From the NCBI GenBank assembly GCA_903915725.1, contig CAIWTY010000068.1, positions 5,211-69,210 on the forward strand: 64,000 nucleotides of DNA, in the 5' to 3' direction. Below the pieces are notes generated by a model. It was given only the letters and a program-made list of their open reading frames with translations. It made no database searches and was not told the origin of the DNA. The stretch is from an uncultured Rhodopila sp. (GTDB lineage Bacteria; Pseudomonadota; Alphaproteobacteria; Acetobacterales; Acetobacteraceae). Below are positions 7,767 to 18,136 of this stretch, in pieces. Made by a program: the position numbers and the translations under genes. Position 1 is the first letter of the stretch; each line of letters starts with the position of its first letter.

Positions 7767-10052
7767 TCAAGCTGATTGCAATTGTTTGCCGATGGGCAAG
7801 CTGCGGATTCTCTTGCCGGTCGCCGCGAAAATCGCGTTGCACAGCGCGGGAGCGAATGGCGGCAGACCCGGTTCGCCCGCCCCGCTCGGCGGAACGTCCG
7901 GCCCGTTCGGCATGATATGAATGTTTGTAACCATCGGTCCTTCGTCGATCCTGGCAAGCTTGAAGTCGTCGAAGTTTTTCTGGACGACACGGCCGTTCTT
8001 GAAGGTGATCTCCCCGTATTTGGCCAGGCTGAGCCCCATGATCGCAGCGCCCTCGACCTGCGACTGGATACGCTCGGGATTGACGAAGGTGCCGCAATCG
8101 ATTGCGGTATCCACACGCGGGATGGTCAGCTTACCTTTGCCGTCCACGGCGACTTCCACAATCGTTGCGATGTAACTGACGAAGCTGCGATGTACGGCGA
8201 TGCCGAGCCCGTGGCCTTTCGGGACCTGGCGGCCCCACTGGCCCCGTTCGGCGACCAGTTCCACGACGCGGCGTAGACGTCCTGCATCGATCGGGTAGCT
8301 GCCGACGGGCTCGCCATAATCCCAAAAATCCTTGACCGTCGGCCCAATATCCACAATGCGGGCCGGGCCGATAAGTTCCAATAGCATCTCCTTCTGATCG
8401 CGTCCGGTGGCGTGGGCGATCTCCGCAACCATTGTTTGCACGGCGAAGGCGCGCGGAATGTTGGATACGGAACGGAACCAGCCGATCCGGGTATAAGCCG
8501 CCGCTTCGGGGTTTTCACAGCGGATGTTAGGGATATCGAACGGCAAATCGACCAGCCCCATTCCGAGTTCGAACGGAGCCTGGTGCTTGGCCCCGGCCGC
8601 AAACGTGGACATGATCGTCGGCGCGACGCTGCGATGCCGCCATGCAATGACCTTGCCGCTCTTGTCCAATCCGGCTTCGATCCGTTCGGCCGACACCGTG
8701 TGGACGAAGTCGTTATGGATGTCGTCCTCCCGCGTCCATTGCACCTTCACCGGCGCACCGACGGCCTTCGAAAGCAGCACGGCCTCCAGAACGAAATCGC
8801 ATTTCGACTTGCGGCCGAACCCGCCGCCCAGCAGCGTCACGTTGACGGTAACGTTCTCCGGCGAAATACCCAGAGTCTTAGCGATGTCATCGCGTGTCCC
8901 CTGCGGGCTTTGAACGGGCGCCCAGACCTCTGCCTTGCCATCGGCGACCTGTGCGGTGGCGACAGGGGTTTCCATGCTAGCGTGGGCCAGATGTGGAAGG
9001 TAGTACTCGCCGACGATGACCTTGGCGGCGGATTTCATTGCCGAGTCCACGTCGCCGTTGTTGCGAACCACCTCTCCGGGCTTGCGCGATGCGTCTTCGA
9101 GTTCCTTGCGATAGGCGACGGAATCGTAGCTGGCGTTCGGCCCGTCGTCCCAGACGATCTTCAGGGCATCGCGGCCCTTGATCGCCGCGCCGGTGTTACG
9201 GGCGATGACGGCGACGCCGCCAAGCGGCTGGAATTTCGATGGCCAGGGCCAGCCTTGTACCTGGATCACCTGCTCCACCCCGGATACCTTCAGCGCGTCG
9301 GACGGATCGAATGAAACCACTTTGCCGCCGGTCACCGGCGGGCGGGCGATCACAGCGTATTTCATTCCCGGCAGCCGCGTATCTATTCCATACATTGCCC
9401 TGCCGGTAGTGATGTCGTGCAGATCGACAATGCCGATCTGGCCTTTGCCCATATAGCGGAAGTCTTTCGGGTCCTTCAGGCGCAAAGTTGCGACGTCGGG
9501 AACCGGCTGCGCTGCGGCGTCATCAGCCAAGTCTCCGTAACCGAGCTTCTGACCGCTACCGACATGGATGACTTCGTGATGCGCCGCCTTGACTTCGCTG
9601 ACTGGAACGTTCCAGCGCTTTGCAGCAGCGGCTTCCAGCATCGTGCGGGCGGAAGCGCCAATCTGTCGCATGGGGATAAGGAAGTGACGGGTGCTGCGGG
9701 ATCCGTCGGTGTCCTGGTTGCCGTACTTGACTTCATCACCCGGAGCCTGCTGGACCTTAACCATCTCCCAGTTCGCTTCCATTTCATCGGCAACGATCAT
9801 CGGCAGGCTGGTGCGCACGCCGGTGCCCATTTCAGACCGCGCCGCAATGATCGTAACCACGCCGTCAGGGGCGATGGAAACAAAAACCTTTGGATCGTTG
9901 ACTGTGCCGTGCGGCATCTTGTCTGCGCCGGTGGAATAGGCAGCCATGCCGCGGCGCGACATCACGGGCACGGCAAGCACCAGACCGGCGGTCACACCCA
10001 GGCCGCGCAATACGCCGCGCCTGGAGACATTCTCGATGCGATTGTCGAACAT
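7767..10052 (-). CDS. iorB: Molybdopterin-binding subunit, isoquinoline 1-oxidoreductase beta / aldehyde oxidoreductase family
   Basis: SRRGVLRGL Tat-like leader; SEMGTGVRTS; TDGSRS; GGGFGRK; GWFRSVSN; GAGEPGLPPFAPALCNAIFAATGKRIRSLP. Confidence 0.88.
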   Translation of the reverse strand: MFDNRIENVSRRGVLRGLGVTAGLVLAVPVMSRRGMAAYSTGADKMPHGTVNDPKVFVSIAPDGVVTIIAARSEMGTGVRTSLPMIVADEMEANWEMVKVQQAPGDEVKYGNQDTDGSRSTRHFLIPMRQIGASARTMLEAAAAKRWNVPVSEVKAAHHEVIHVGSGQKLGYGDLADDAAAQPVPDVATLRLKDPKDFRYMGKGQIGIVDLHDITTGRAMYGIDTRLPGMKYAVIARPPVTGGKVVSFDPSDALKVSGVEQVIQVQGWPWPSKFQPLGGVAVIARNTGAAIKGRDALKIVWDDGPNASYDSVAYRKELEDASRKPGEVVRNNGDVDSAMKSAAKVIVGEYYLPHLAHASMETPVATAQVADGKAEVWAPVQSPQGTRDDIAKTLGISPENVTVNVTLLGGGFGRKSKCDFVLEAVLLSKAVGAPVKVQWTREDDIHNDFVHTVSAERIEAGLDKSGKVIAWRHRSVAPTIMSTFAAGAKHQAPFELGMGLVDLPFDIPNIRCENPEAAAYTRIGWFRSVSNIPRAFAVQTMVAEIAHATGRDQKEMLLELIGPARIVDIGPTVKDFWDYGEPVGSYPIDAGRLRRVVELVAERGQWGRQVPKGHGLGIAVHRSFVSYIATIVEVAVDGKGKLTIPRVDTAIDCGTFVNPERIQSQVEGAAIMGLSLAKYGEITFKNGRVVQKNFDDFKLARIDEGPMVTNIHIMPNGPDVPPSGAGEPGLPPFAPALCNAIFAATGKRIRSLPIGKQLQSA

Positions 10053-10055
10053 AGC

Positions 10056-10508
10056 TCAGGCCCCCGTCGTTGCGAGATGCACAGCCGTCTCGATCCGTTG
10101 GTAGCAGCCGCACCGGCAGATGTTGCCTGCCATGGCCTCGCGGATTTCCTCGTGCGACGGATGCGGATTGCGCGCGATGAGAGACGAAGCCTGCATGATC
10201 TGCCCGGATTGACAGTACCCACATTGCGGCACGTTGACCTCCCGCCATGCCTTCTGGACGGGATGATTGCCGGCCGGGTCGAGGCCCTCGATCGTGGTGA
10301 TCCGCTTCCCAGCCGCTTCCGCGAGGGTGGTACTGCATGATCGAACCGCTATCCCTTCAAGGTGTACTGTGCAGGATCCACAAAAGCCATGTCCGCAGCC
10401 GAATTTGGTTCCGGTCAGGCCCATCTCGTCACGGATAAACCAAAGCAGCGGCAGAGACGGATCGCCATCCCAGTGCTGTTCACGTCCATTAACTACCAGC
10501 GTTATCAT
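10056..10508 (-). CDS. iorA: (2Fe-2S)x2 subunit, IorA family
   Basis: [35 protein letters not shown]. Confidence 0.9.
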   Translation of the reverse strand: MITLVVNGREQHWDGDPSLPLLWFIRDEMGLTGTKFGCGHGFCGSCTVHLEGIAVRSCSTTLAEAAGKRITTIEGLDPAGNHPVQKAWREVNVPQCGYCQSGQIMQASSLIARNPHPSHEEIREAMAGNICRCGCYQRIETAVHLATTGA

Positions 10509-10879
10509 TGGTCCCCTCTTCCTCTGTTCTGAAAAACGGGTACAGTAAAGTGTTGCAGCGCAGCATTGCGTAGACTACGGTTAGGCACTTTTAGAATCAC
10601 AATTTCAACCGCACGTGCAACTCCTCCCGCTGCAACCCTTGTCGGCTTTGATTTGGTTGTCAAGTTTTAGACCGGTGGACGACCCCCAAGGGTTCGCCGC
10701 GCAGGGCGGCTTCATTACTTCATCAGTAGAGAAACGGAAACCGGTCCATACAGCGGTGTCATCTGAAATCAATGTATGGAACGTCGCAATGCTTGTTCTT
10801 TCAACCGAAGCCAGCACAAGCATCCGATCATGAACCCGATGGCTCCCGCCACGAAATCATGATCGGAAGATGCGGTTAT

Positions 10880-11278
10880 TTAGCCCATCGTTTGGGTAGC
10901 GGACGGGGTGATCTCATAGATCACCCTTACGTCCTTGTCGTTGTGCCAGGGGTAGACGTCCTTATCGAGGTACTTCTTCGCCAGGCTGTCGATGTGCGCG
11001 ACCGCACCGTCCTCGGTCTGTTTTGTGACGGTCCCACGTATCTGGATGTAGCGATAGGCGTTGTCCGGATCGAGGATCGACAGCGCCACCTTCGCTCCCA
11101 CCGATAGATTGCGGGCCTTGATCCGGCCCTTGGCCGTATTCACTCGGACGACGCCATTGGTGTAATCGAACCAGACCGGCGTCACCTGCGGCGAGCCGTC
11201 GGGCTGGATCGTCGCGATGTTTGCGAAGGCTTTTTTCTCGGTCAGCAGATCGAGAAAACCGGCGGGAATGTCAGCCAT
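10880..11278 (-). CDS. PPOX-class probable F420-dependent oxidoreductase (Rv1155-like)
   Basis: IATIQPDGSPQVTPVWF...KARNL...VALSI.DP.N.YRY.QIRG...HIDSLAKKY pattern. Confidence 0.8.
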   Translation of the reverse strand: MADIPAGFLDLLTEKKAFANIATIQPDGSPQVTPVWFDYTNGVVRVNTAKGRIKARNLSVGAKVALSILDPDNAYRYIQIRGTVTKQTEDGAVAHIDSLAKKYLDKDVYPWHNDKDVRVIYEITPSATQTMG

Positions 11279-11343
11279 TGCACGCTCCTTTTGGGGTATA
11301 AATTACCGCCTGACATACTACGGCCGGGCGGCAAACGCCGCAA

Positions 11344-12543
11344 TCAGCGCAAGGCTCGCTTCGCAACCGCAGCAAGATAACCCGATGCCGCCGGCAGAAT
11401 CGCATCATTGAAATCGTAATTGGCGTTGTGCAGTTCCCTGCCTCCATCCGACGGACCATTGCCGATCCAGACGAAGGCGCCGGGGCGGTGCGTGAGGAAC
11501 CAGGCGAAATCCTCTCCGGCCATCGCTGGCGCCATATCCCGGCGCAGTTTCAGGCCCGCCGCCGCAGCCGCCTCGGCGGCAAGATCCCGTTCGGCCGGGG
11601 TATTCTGTGTAACCGGGTTGCCGTACGGAACCTGCACATCGATATCGACGCCAAAACTGAGCGCAACACCCGCCGCGATGCGGCGAATCGCTTGCTCAAC
11701 CTGCTCCCCGACCTCGTTGCGCAAGCATCGCATGGTGCCGCGCATCACCGCCGTATCGGGGATCTGGTTCGCCGCCGAACCGGCCTGCATCATTGCAATC
11801 GAAACCACGGCCGCATCCAGGGGATCGACCGAACGCGATACGATCGATTGGAGCGCCAGCAGCAAATGCGCCGAGGCCACCATCGGGTCCCTTGTCAGAT
11901 GCGGCAGGCCCGCGTGGCCGCCATGGCCGTTCACTGTGAACCACAACCGGTTGCCCGCCGCCATGACCGGGCCGTCGTGCACCGCAACGGTCCCGGCCTC
12001 CAGACCCGGCCAGTTGTGATATCCGAAAACGCGTTCCATCGGAAAACGATCGAACAGGCCGTCAGCGATCATCGCCCTGGCGCCGCCGCCGCCTTCTTCC
12101 GCAGGCTGGAAAACAAATTGTACCGTTCCGGACCAGGACGTATCCGACGCCAGCAGCGCCGCGGCGCCGAGCAGGGAGGTGGTGTGTCCGTCATGGCCGC
12201 AAGCGTGCATCACCCCCGGATTACCAGACGCATAAGCCACCCCGGTCGTTTCCATGATGGGCAGGGCGTCCATATCCGCCCTCAGTCCGACGCAACGATT
12301 CGATTGGCCGCGGCTGATTGTTGCGACCACGCCATGGCCGCCGACGCCGGCGACGAAGGGCACGCCAAGTTCGCGCAAACAAGTTTGGACGAAAGCGGCC
12401 GTGCGGCCTTCGTGAAGGGTCAGCTCAGGGTTCGCGTGAAGATGACGCCTCCATCCTGTCAGTCTGACGTGCAGGGTGTTGTCCAACAGACGCTCCGGTG
12501 CTCCTGAGAAGTGCTGGGTAGCGTTTCCCTGCGATTGAGGCAA
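11344..12543 (-). CDS. M20 family amidohydrolase (hippurate hydrolase-like)
   Basis: HANPEL, LRADMDALP, MHACGHDGH, FQPAEEG, MAGEDF, LHNANYDFND. Confidence 0.9.
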   Translation of the reverse strand: MPQSQGNATQHFSGAPERLLDNTLHVRLTGWRRHLHANPELTLHEGRTAAFVQTCLRELGVPFVAGVGGHGVVATISRGQSNRCVGLRADMDALPIMETTGVAYASGNPGVMHACGHDGHTTSLLGAAALLASDTSWSGTVQFVFQPAEEGGGGARAMIADGLFDRFPMERVFGYHNWPGLEAGTVAVHDGPVMAAGNRLWFTVNGHGGHAGLPHLTRDPMVASAHLLLALQSIVSRSVDPLDAAVVSIAMMQAGSAANQIPDTAVMRGTMRCLRNEVGEQVEQAIRRIAAGVALSFGVDIDVQVPYGNPVTQNTPAERDLAAEAAAAAGLKLRRDMAPAMAGEDFAWFLTHRPGAFVWIGNGPSDGGRELHNANYDFNDAILPAASGYLAAVAKRALR

Positions 12544-12559
12544 TCACACTGCCCTGCTT

Positions 12560-13579
12560 TCAGGGATCCGCGGAAACCTTGACCAGCAGCTTGCCGAAGT
12601 TCTGCCCGGTCAGGATACCGCTCAGCGCCTCCGGGGCGTTTTCCAGGCCGTCCACAACATCTTCCCGATAGACCAGGCTGCCGCCCGCCACCAGAGGCTC
12701 GGCAATCGCCCGCCATTCGGTCAACCGCTCCGGACGGTCGGAAACGATGAAGCCCTGAATCAAAACTCGCTTGCCGATAACGAAGCCCAAATTCGGGCCC
12801 GGTGGCATGGTCCTAGCGTTATATTGCGAGACCATTCCGCACATTGCAACCCGGGCGAACGAATTCAGGTTGTCGAAGACAGCCTGCTGCACCGCACCGC
12901 CGACATTTTCAAAATACGCGTCGATCCCGTTCGGGCACGCCGCCTTCAATTCCTGTCGCAAATCCAAAGACCGATGATCCACACAATCGTCGAAACCCAG
13001 GCTGTCCTGCACCCAGAGGCACTTATCCGGGCCGCCCGCTACACCGACGACCCGCGCCCCGGCCCGCCTGGCAAGCTGGCCGGCAATCGAACCGACAGCA
13101 CCGGATGCCGCCGACACCACGAACGTTTCACCGGCCTTCGGCTTGCAGATTTCCGTCACCCCCGCATAGGCAGTGGCACCCGGCATACCCAGCACGCCGA
13201 GATACGCTGAAAGTGGCGCCGCGCCCTTCTTGATCTTCACCAGTTGCCTGCCGGTCGAAACCGAATGGGTCTGCCAGCCACGCGCACCCACCACCAAATC
13301 GCCCGGCTGAAAATCCGGATCGGCTGACGAAACGACCTCGCCGACGGTTTCACCGGTAATAACCTCGCCGATCTGGATGGCGACGGCGTAAGTTTGTTCC
13401 TCCCGCAACCGGCCGCGCATGTAGGGGTCGATGGACAGCCAGATCGTACGGGTAACGACCTCGCCGGCCTGCGGATGCGGAATGGCATCCTCTCGGATAT
13501 CGAAGTCAGCCTTAGAGGGCTCGCCGGAGGGCCGGCGTTTCAGAACGACCGAGCGGCGCAAACCCTCGGTACTCATCAC
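12560..13579 (-). CDS. NADP-dependent oxidoreductase (MDR, PTGR/CurA-like)
   Basis: SIDPYMRG, LGVLGMPGATAY, VSAASGAVGS, YFENVGG, GQNFGKLLV. Confidence 0.9.
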   Translation of the reverse strand: MMSTEGLRRSVVLKRRPSGEPSKADFDIREDAIPHPQAGEVVTRTIWLSIDPYMRGRLREEQTYAVAIQIGEVITGETVGEVVSSADPDFQPGDLVVGARGWQTHSVSTGRQLVKIKKGAAPLSAYLGVLGMPGATAYAGVTEICKPKAGETFVVSAASGAVGSIAGQLARRAGARVVGVAGGPDKCLWVQDSLGFDDCVDHRSLDLRQELKAACPNGIDAYFENVGGAVQQAVFDNLNSFARVAMCGMVSQYNARTMPPGPNLGFVIGKRVLIQGFIVSDRPERLTEWRAIAEPLVAGGSLVYREDVVDGLENAPEALSGILTGQNFGKLLVKVSADP

Positions 13580-14646
13580 GCCGCCTCCGCTTTCAGAACG
13601 AGGCGTCCGGTGACCTTGCCGTCCTTCAGCCGCATCAATGCCTCATAGGCGTGGCTCTGCGGCACCGTCTCCACCGGCAAGGCCAAAAGCTCCCCATCCT
13701 GCGCCAGCTTTACCAATTCCCGCAGATCGTTCGGGTTCCCCACATAACTTCCCTGAACGGTCAACGCCTTTATCGCCATGATCGGCAACGGCAACATCAA
13801 TTCGCCACCGAAAAGTCCGACCTGGATCAATTTGCCGCCCTTGGCGAGCGCGCCGAAAGCGAAACGGGCCGTTGCGGTGCCGTTCACCAGATCGATCACC
13901 GCCAGCACAGGACAACCCGCGGCCTCGACGATTCGCTTCGTCACCGCGGCCCCGTCGCCGCTGCCATCCACCACCTTGTGCGCGCCGGCCTTCAGCGCCG
14001 CATCCCGTTTTTCGGCGCTGACATCGACGGAAACGATGTGCTCATGCTTCAAAGCCTTCAGCACGGAGATCGCGTTCAGGCCCACCCCCCCTGCCCCAAC
14101 CAGCACGATCGCCTGGTCCGGCTTAAGCGGCATCGCCTTCTTGATGGCGGAAAGAACCGTGACGCCGGAACATGCGTAGGTCGCGGCGACCGCCAAATCG
14201 AGCTTGCCCGGGTCAACCAGATGCCGCGGATGCGGCGCAACGACATGGCTGCCGTAACCGCCATTCTGGTAAACGCCCAAACTGCGGTTGGTAACCGCGC
14301 ACATATTGTCTTCTTCCGCCAAGCACTTTTCGCACTTTCCGCAGCCCAGCCATGGGAACACGATGCGAACATCGCCGATATTCACGCCTGTCGCTTCCGG
14401 ACCAAGCTTGACGACTCGGCCAATGATTTCATGCCCCATAGCCAGGGGCAGGACGACGCCCCGATCCGTCAACGACATCTTCTGGCCGCCGCCGACGTCG
14501 TAATAACCTTCCCAGATGTGCAGGTCGGAGTGACAAACGCCGCAATAGGTGACCTCCAACAGCACTTCGGTGCCCGTCGGCTCCGGGGTTGGCAACTCGA
14601 TTTCCTGGAGCGGTTCTCCGTTCTTGACCACCGCGTAGGCTCGCAT
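13576..14646 (-). CDS. Zn-dependent alcohol dehydrogenase
   Basis: CGVCHSD, GHE, structural Zn CGKCEKC...C, GAGGVG. Confidence 0.92.
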   Translation of the reverse strand: MRAYAVVKNGEPLQEIELPTPEPTGTEVLLEVTYCGVCHSDLHIWEGYYDVGGGQKMSLTDRGVVLPLAMGHEIIGRVVKLGPEATGVNIGDVRIVFPWLGCGKCEKCLAEEDNMCAVTNRSLGVYQNGGYGSHVVAPHPRHLVDPGKLDLAVAATYACSGVTVLSAIKKAMPLKPDQAIVLVGAGGVGLNAISVLKALKHEHIVSVDVSAEKRDAALKAGAHKVVDGSGDGAAVTKRIVEAAGCPVLAVIDLVNGTATARFAFGALAKGGKLIQVGLFGGELMLPLPIMAIKALTVQGSYVGNPNDLRELVKLAQDGELLALPVETVPQSHAYEALMRLKDGKVTGRLVLKAEAA

Positions 14647-14716
14647 CGTTCTCTCCCGCTGTCCGACGTTTACGCGATGGTTAGCGAGTGGCGCGGAATA
14701 CGCAAGACCGGCGAGC

Positions 14717-17056
14717 CTACGCCACCACCTTCCGCGGCGGCGACTGGACGATTGGCTCCAGGTCGGCCGCGCTGAACGAAACCACGCGCCTTTCGTTTCC
14801 CACAGGCCGGTACAGCGTATCCCGCTGCTGCGGGGTGCGGACCAGCGAGCCGATCAAATGCTCCATGGATTCCGGCGGAAATTCCTGACCGTGCTGGGTG
14901 CCGGCGGCGCGAGAGATGCTTTCGTTCATCAACGTCCCGCCCATGTCGTTGGCGCCCGCATTCAGACACATCGCCGCCCCTTCCGGCCCCATTTTTACCC
15001 ACGATGTCTGGATGTTGGTGATCAGCGGATGCAGCACCAACCGCGAGACAGCATGCATCAGGATCGCCTCCCGCAACGTTGGCCCCTTCCGGGCCAGGCC
15101 GCGCAGATACATGGGCGCTTCCATATGAACGAACGGAAGCGGAACAAACTCGGTAAATCCACCGGTTTCCAACTGCACATCGCGCAGCACAAGCAAATGC
15201 CGCGCCCAGTTCAGCGGTCCCTCGACATGGCCGTACATGATAGTGGAGGTCGTTCGCACGCCGATCGCGTGCGCGGCGCGAACCACATCGACCCATTGTT
15301 GCGTATTGATCTTGTCGGGGCAGATAACCGCCCGGATCTCGTCGTCCAGGATTTCGGCCGCGGTGCCAGGCAGAGTTCCCAGACCGGCGTCCTTCAGGCG
15401 CGCCAGGAATTCGCTCAGCGACAAGCCAAGGGTTGCCGCACCCTGGGTAACCTCCAGCGGTGAGAAAGCATGAATGTGCATCCCCGGAACGGCGGCTTTG
15501 ATGGCTTTGCAAATGTTGATGTAGGTTTCACCGGTATAGTCCGGGTGAATGCCGCCTTGCAGGCACACCTCCGTCGCGCCGCGATCCCAGGCTTCGCGGG
15601 TGCGGCGGACGATCTCTGTGATTTCCAGATCGTAAGGCGTACCGCGCAAAGCTTCGTGCGTCTTGCCCTTGGAGAAAGCGCAGAACTTGCAACGGTAATA
15701 GCAGATGTTAGTGTAGTTGATGTTGCGGTTGACGATGTATCGCACCGTGTCGCCGCTGACCGCCTTGCGCAACTGGTCCGCGACCTCAATCACGCGTTCA
15801 TAATCGGCGTCCCGGGCCGCGAACAGCCGAACGATCTCGGGTTCGTCGAGACGGGTTCCGGCGACGGCGCGGTCGATTATCCTTTCCAGCGCGGGATCAG
15901 CCCTGTTCAGCAACACCGCTCGCGGCTTCGGCGCAAAAGTCAGGCCGGGCGCCCAATCGTCGTCACGCGCCCAGCTTTCGGCGTCAGCTAATTGCATTAC
16001 CCGTGTTGCGACCGCCGAATGTAACCAACGCTCCGCCGTCCAGGCGGGATACACCGGCAGCCGCGGCACCAGGATCTTATCCATTTCCGCTGTGCGCAGG
16101 CCCAACGCTTCCAGTTCAGGCCATGGCGCTTCCGGATTGACGTGGTCTGGCGTCACCGGCGACACCCCCCCCCAATCATCGATGCCGGCATCAATAAGTT
16201 TCTGGTAGACGCCGGGCGAAAGATTTGGCGGGGCCTGGACATGCACATCCGCCGGCAGGATCAGCCGGGCCGCGGCAATGGTCCATAGCAGGTCCAGCAA
16301 ATCCGGCTCGTCGGCGCCTGCAAGTTTCGTGTCCGGCTTGGCGCGAAAGTTCTGTACGATCACCTCCTGGATGTGGCCGTATCGCGCATGCAGATCTCGC
16401 ATCGCCGCCAGCGAATCGAGTCGTTCTGCGCGCGTCTCGCCAATGCCGATCAGGATGCCGGTGGTGAACGGGACTGCAAGTTCGCCGGCCAAGCGGATTG
16501 TTTCCAGCCGCGCAGCAGGAAGCTTATCGGGGGATCCGTAATGTACGCCGCCGGGCGCGCACAGCCGTTCGCTGGTCGATTCCAGCATGATGCCCTGGCT
16601 GGCGGACACCTCTCGCAGGCTGGCGATTTCCTGCCGGGTCATGACGCCGGGGTTCACGTGCGGCAGCAAGGTCGTTTCTTTCAGCACCAGCGCACACATT
16701 TCACGCAGGTAGCCTATGGTGGTTTGGTGACCGAGTTCAGCCAAAGCTTCCCGGGCCGCGCGGTAGCGCAGTTCGGGTTTGTCGCCGAGGGTGAACAGTG
16801 CCTCGGTGCAGCCGGCGGCCTCACCGGCGCGGGCGATGGCAAGGATTTCATCCGCTGTCAGATACACGGAATGTCCGGCGCGGGGGCGTTCGGCAAAAGT
16901 GCAGTAGTGGCAAACGTCGCGGCACAGTTTAGTTAACGGAATGAATACCTTGCGGGAATAGGACACGGTCCGCCCGAACGCCTCATCACGGCGGCCCGCG
17001 GCTTGCGCCATCAGCTCCGCCAGAGGTGCGGATTCGAGCCAGTTCAGATCGGTCAT
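14717..17056 (-). CDS. fbiC: FO synthase, fused CofG-CofH
   Basis: Two radical-SAM motifs (CRDVCHYC, CYYRCKFC); YSRKVFIPLT, IQEVIVQNF, GIDDWGGVSP, GGTLMNESISRAAG. Start MTDLNW (17056) preferred over the ORF-track start. Confidence 0.92.
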   Translation of the reverse strand: MTDLNWLESAPLAELMAQAAGRRDEAFGRTVSYSRKVFIPLTKLCRDVCHYCTFAERPRAGHSVYLTADEILAIARAGEAAGCTEALFTLGDKPELRYRAAREALAELGHQTTIGYLREMCALVLKETTLLPHVNPGVMTRQEIASLREVSASQGIMLESTSERLCAPGGVHYGSPDKLPAARLETIRLAGELAVPFTTGILIGIGETRAERLDSLAAMRDLHARYGHIQEVIVQNFRAKPDTKLAGADEPDLLDLLWTIAAARLILPADVHVQAPPNLSPGVYQKLIDAGIDDWGGVSPVTPDHVNPEAPWPELEALGLRTAEMDKILVPRLPVYPAWTAERWLHSAVATRVMQLADAESWARDDDWAPGLTFAPKPRAVLLNRADPALERIIDRAVAGTRLDEPEIVRLFAARDADYERVIEVADQLRKAVSGDTVRYIVNRNINYTNICYYRCKFCAFSKGKTHEALRGTPYDLEITEIVRRTREAWDRGATEVCLQGGIHPDYTGETYINICKAIKAAVPGMHIHAFSPLEVTQGAATLGLSLSEFLARLKDAGLGTLPGTAAEILDDEIRAVICPDKINTQQWVDVVRAAHAIGVRTTSTIMYGHVEGPLNWARHLLVLRDVQLETGGFTEFVPLPFVHMEAPMYLRGLARKGPTLREAILMHAVSRLVLHPLITNIQTSWVKMGPEGAAMCLNAGANDMGGTLMNESISRAAGTQHGQEFPPESMEHLIGSLVRTPQQRDTLYRPVGNERRVVSFSAADLEPIVQSPPRKVVA

Positions 17057-17180
17057 CGCGACTTCCATGCTGCGTCGCCGTGCAGTGTTGGCTGTTGCGG
17101 GCCGGCGATCAAGTGGCACCCGCTGTTGCCTGCTGACGCGGCTTCGTGTGCTATCAGGTTTCACCGAGCAGGAGAAAACC

Positions 17181-18134
17181 ATGCAGATCGGTTGCAGCGC
17201 CCCCACCAGCGGCCCATTGATCGGCCCCGACAGCCTGTTGCGCATCGCTACCGAGGCGGAAAGCCTGGGCTACGACTACGTCACCGTCAGCGACCATGTG
17301 ATGATCCCCACCAGCATTGCGTCGCGCTACCCGTATTCCGATTCGGGCGAATTTCCTTCGGGTGCCGCGGCGCCGCGGCTGGAGCAATTGACCGCGGCCA
17401 CGTTCATCGCGGCGGCGACATCCAAACTGCGTATCGTGACCTCGGTGATGGTGGTGCCGCATCGGCCAGCGGTCCTGACGGCAAAGATCCTCGCCACGAT
17501 CGACTACCTGTCGAAGGGCCGCCTGACCCTCGGCATCGGCGCCGGATGGTGCGAAGAGGAATTCGTTGCCATCGGCGCGCTTCCGTTCGCCGAACGCGGC
17601 GCGGTCACGGACGAATTCATGGCGGTTTGCCGCGAACTCTGGACCGCCAACGAGCCGAAGTTCGATGGCAAATACGTCCAATTCAAGGACGTTCTGTTCC
17701 CGCCGAAGCCGTCGCAGGGCGCGCTGCCGATTTGGGTAGGCGGAGAAAGCGGCCCCGCGCTCCGTCGCACCGCCCGTTACGGCGACGCATGGTATCCGAT
17801 CGGCACCAATCCGCAGTTCCCGATGGATACGCTGACTCGATTCAAAGCCGGTGTGGCCAGGCTGAGGGATCTGACCGAAAAAGCCGGCCGCAACCCGAAA
17901 GCGGTGGGCTTGGCGTATCGTGTATCCTCGCATCCCGAAGCGCAGCCGAAAGGTTCCGTCGATGGCGAACGGAAACTGTTCACCGGCAGCGCAGCCGACT
18001 ACGTTGGCGATATCAAGGCGCTGAGAGACGTTGGCGTAACTGCGTTCGATTTCGGCCTGTTCGGTCCGGACCTTGATACGACCATCGATAAAATGAAGCG
18101 CTTCCGTGACGACGTTGTAGAGAAAGTTCGGTAG
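17181..18134 (+). CDS. LLM-class probable F420-dependent oxidoreductase (Rv2161c-like)
   Basis: CAGGAG RBS; VSDHVMIP; LATIDYLSKGRLTLGIGAGW; LPIWVGGES..ALRRTARYGDAWYP. Confidence 0.85.
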   Translation: MQIGCSAPTSGPLIGPDSLLRIATEAESLGYDYVTVSDHVMIPTSIASRYPYSDSGEFPSGAAAPRLEQLTAATFIAAATSKLRIVTSVMVVPHRPAVLTAKILATIDYLSKGRLTLGIGAGWCEEEFVAIGALPFAERGAVTDEFMAVCRELWTANEPKFDGKYVQFKDVLFPPKPSQGALPIWVGGESGPALRRTARYGDAWYPIGTNPQFPMDTLTRFKAGVARLRDLTEKAGRNPKAVGLAYRVSSHPEAQPKGSVDGERKLFTGSAADYVGDIKALRDVGVTAFDFGLFGPDLDTTIDKMKRFRDDVVEKVR

Positions 18135-18136
18135 CC

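Noticed and set aside
10605-10875. Small ORFs and an 11-bp inverted repeat between iorA and the PPOX gene
   Set aside because: The ORFs are unconvincing; the repeat (TCCGATCATGA/TCATGATCGGA) is most simply a terminator-like hairpin.
1-11000. pqqA precursor peptide near the PQQ dehydrogenases
   Set aside because: No short ORF with the GFEVTxY-type ExxxY motif was found in the spacers I read.
17117-17134. TGGCAC...TTGC resembling a sigma54 promoter before the LLM genes
   Set aside because: The GG-to-GC spacing is 11 nt; sigma54 needs exactly 10.
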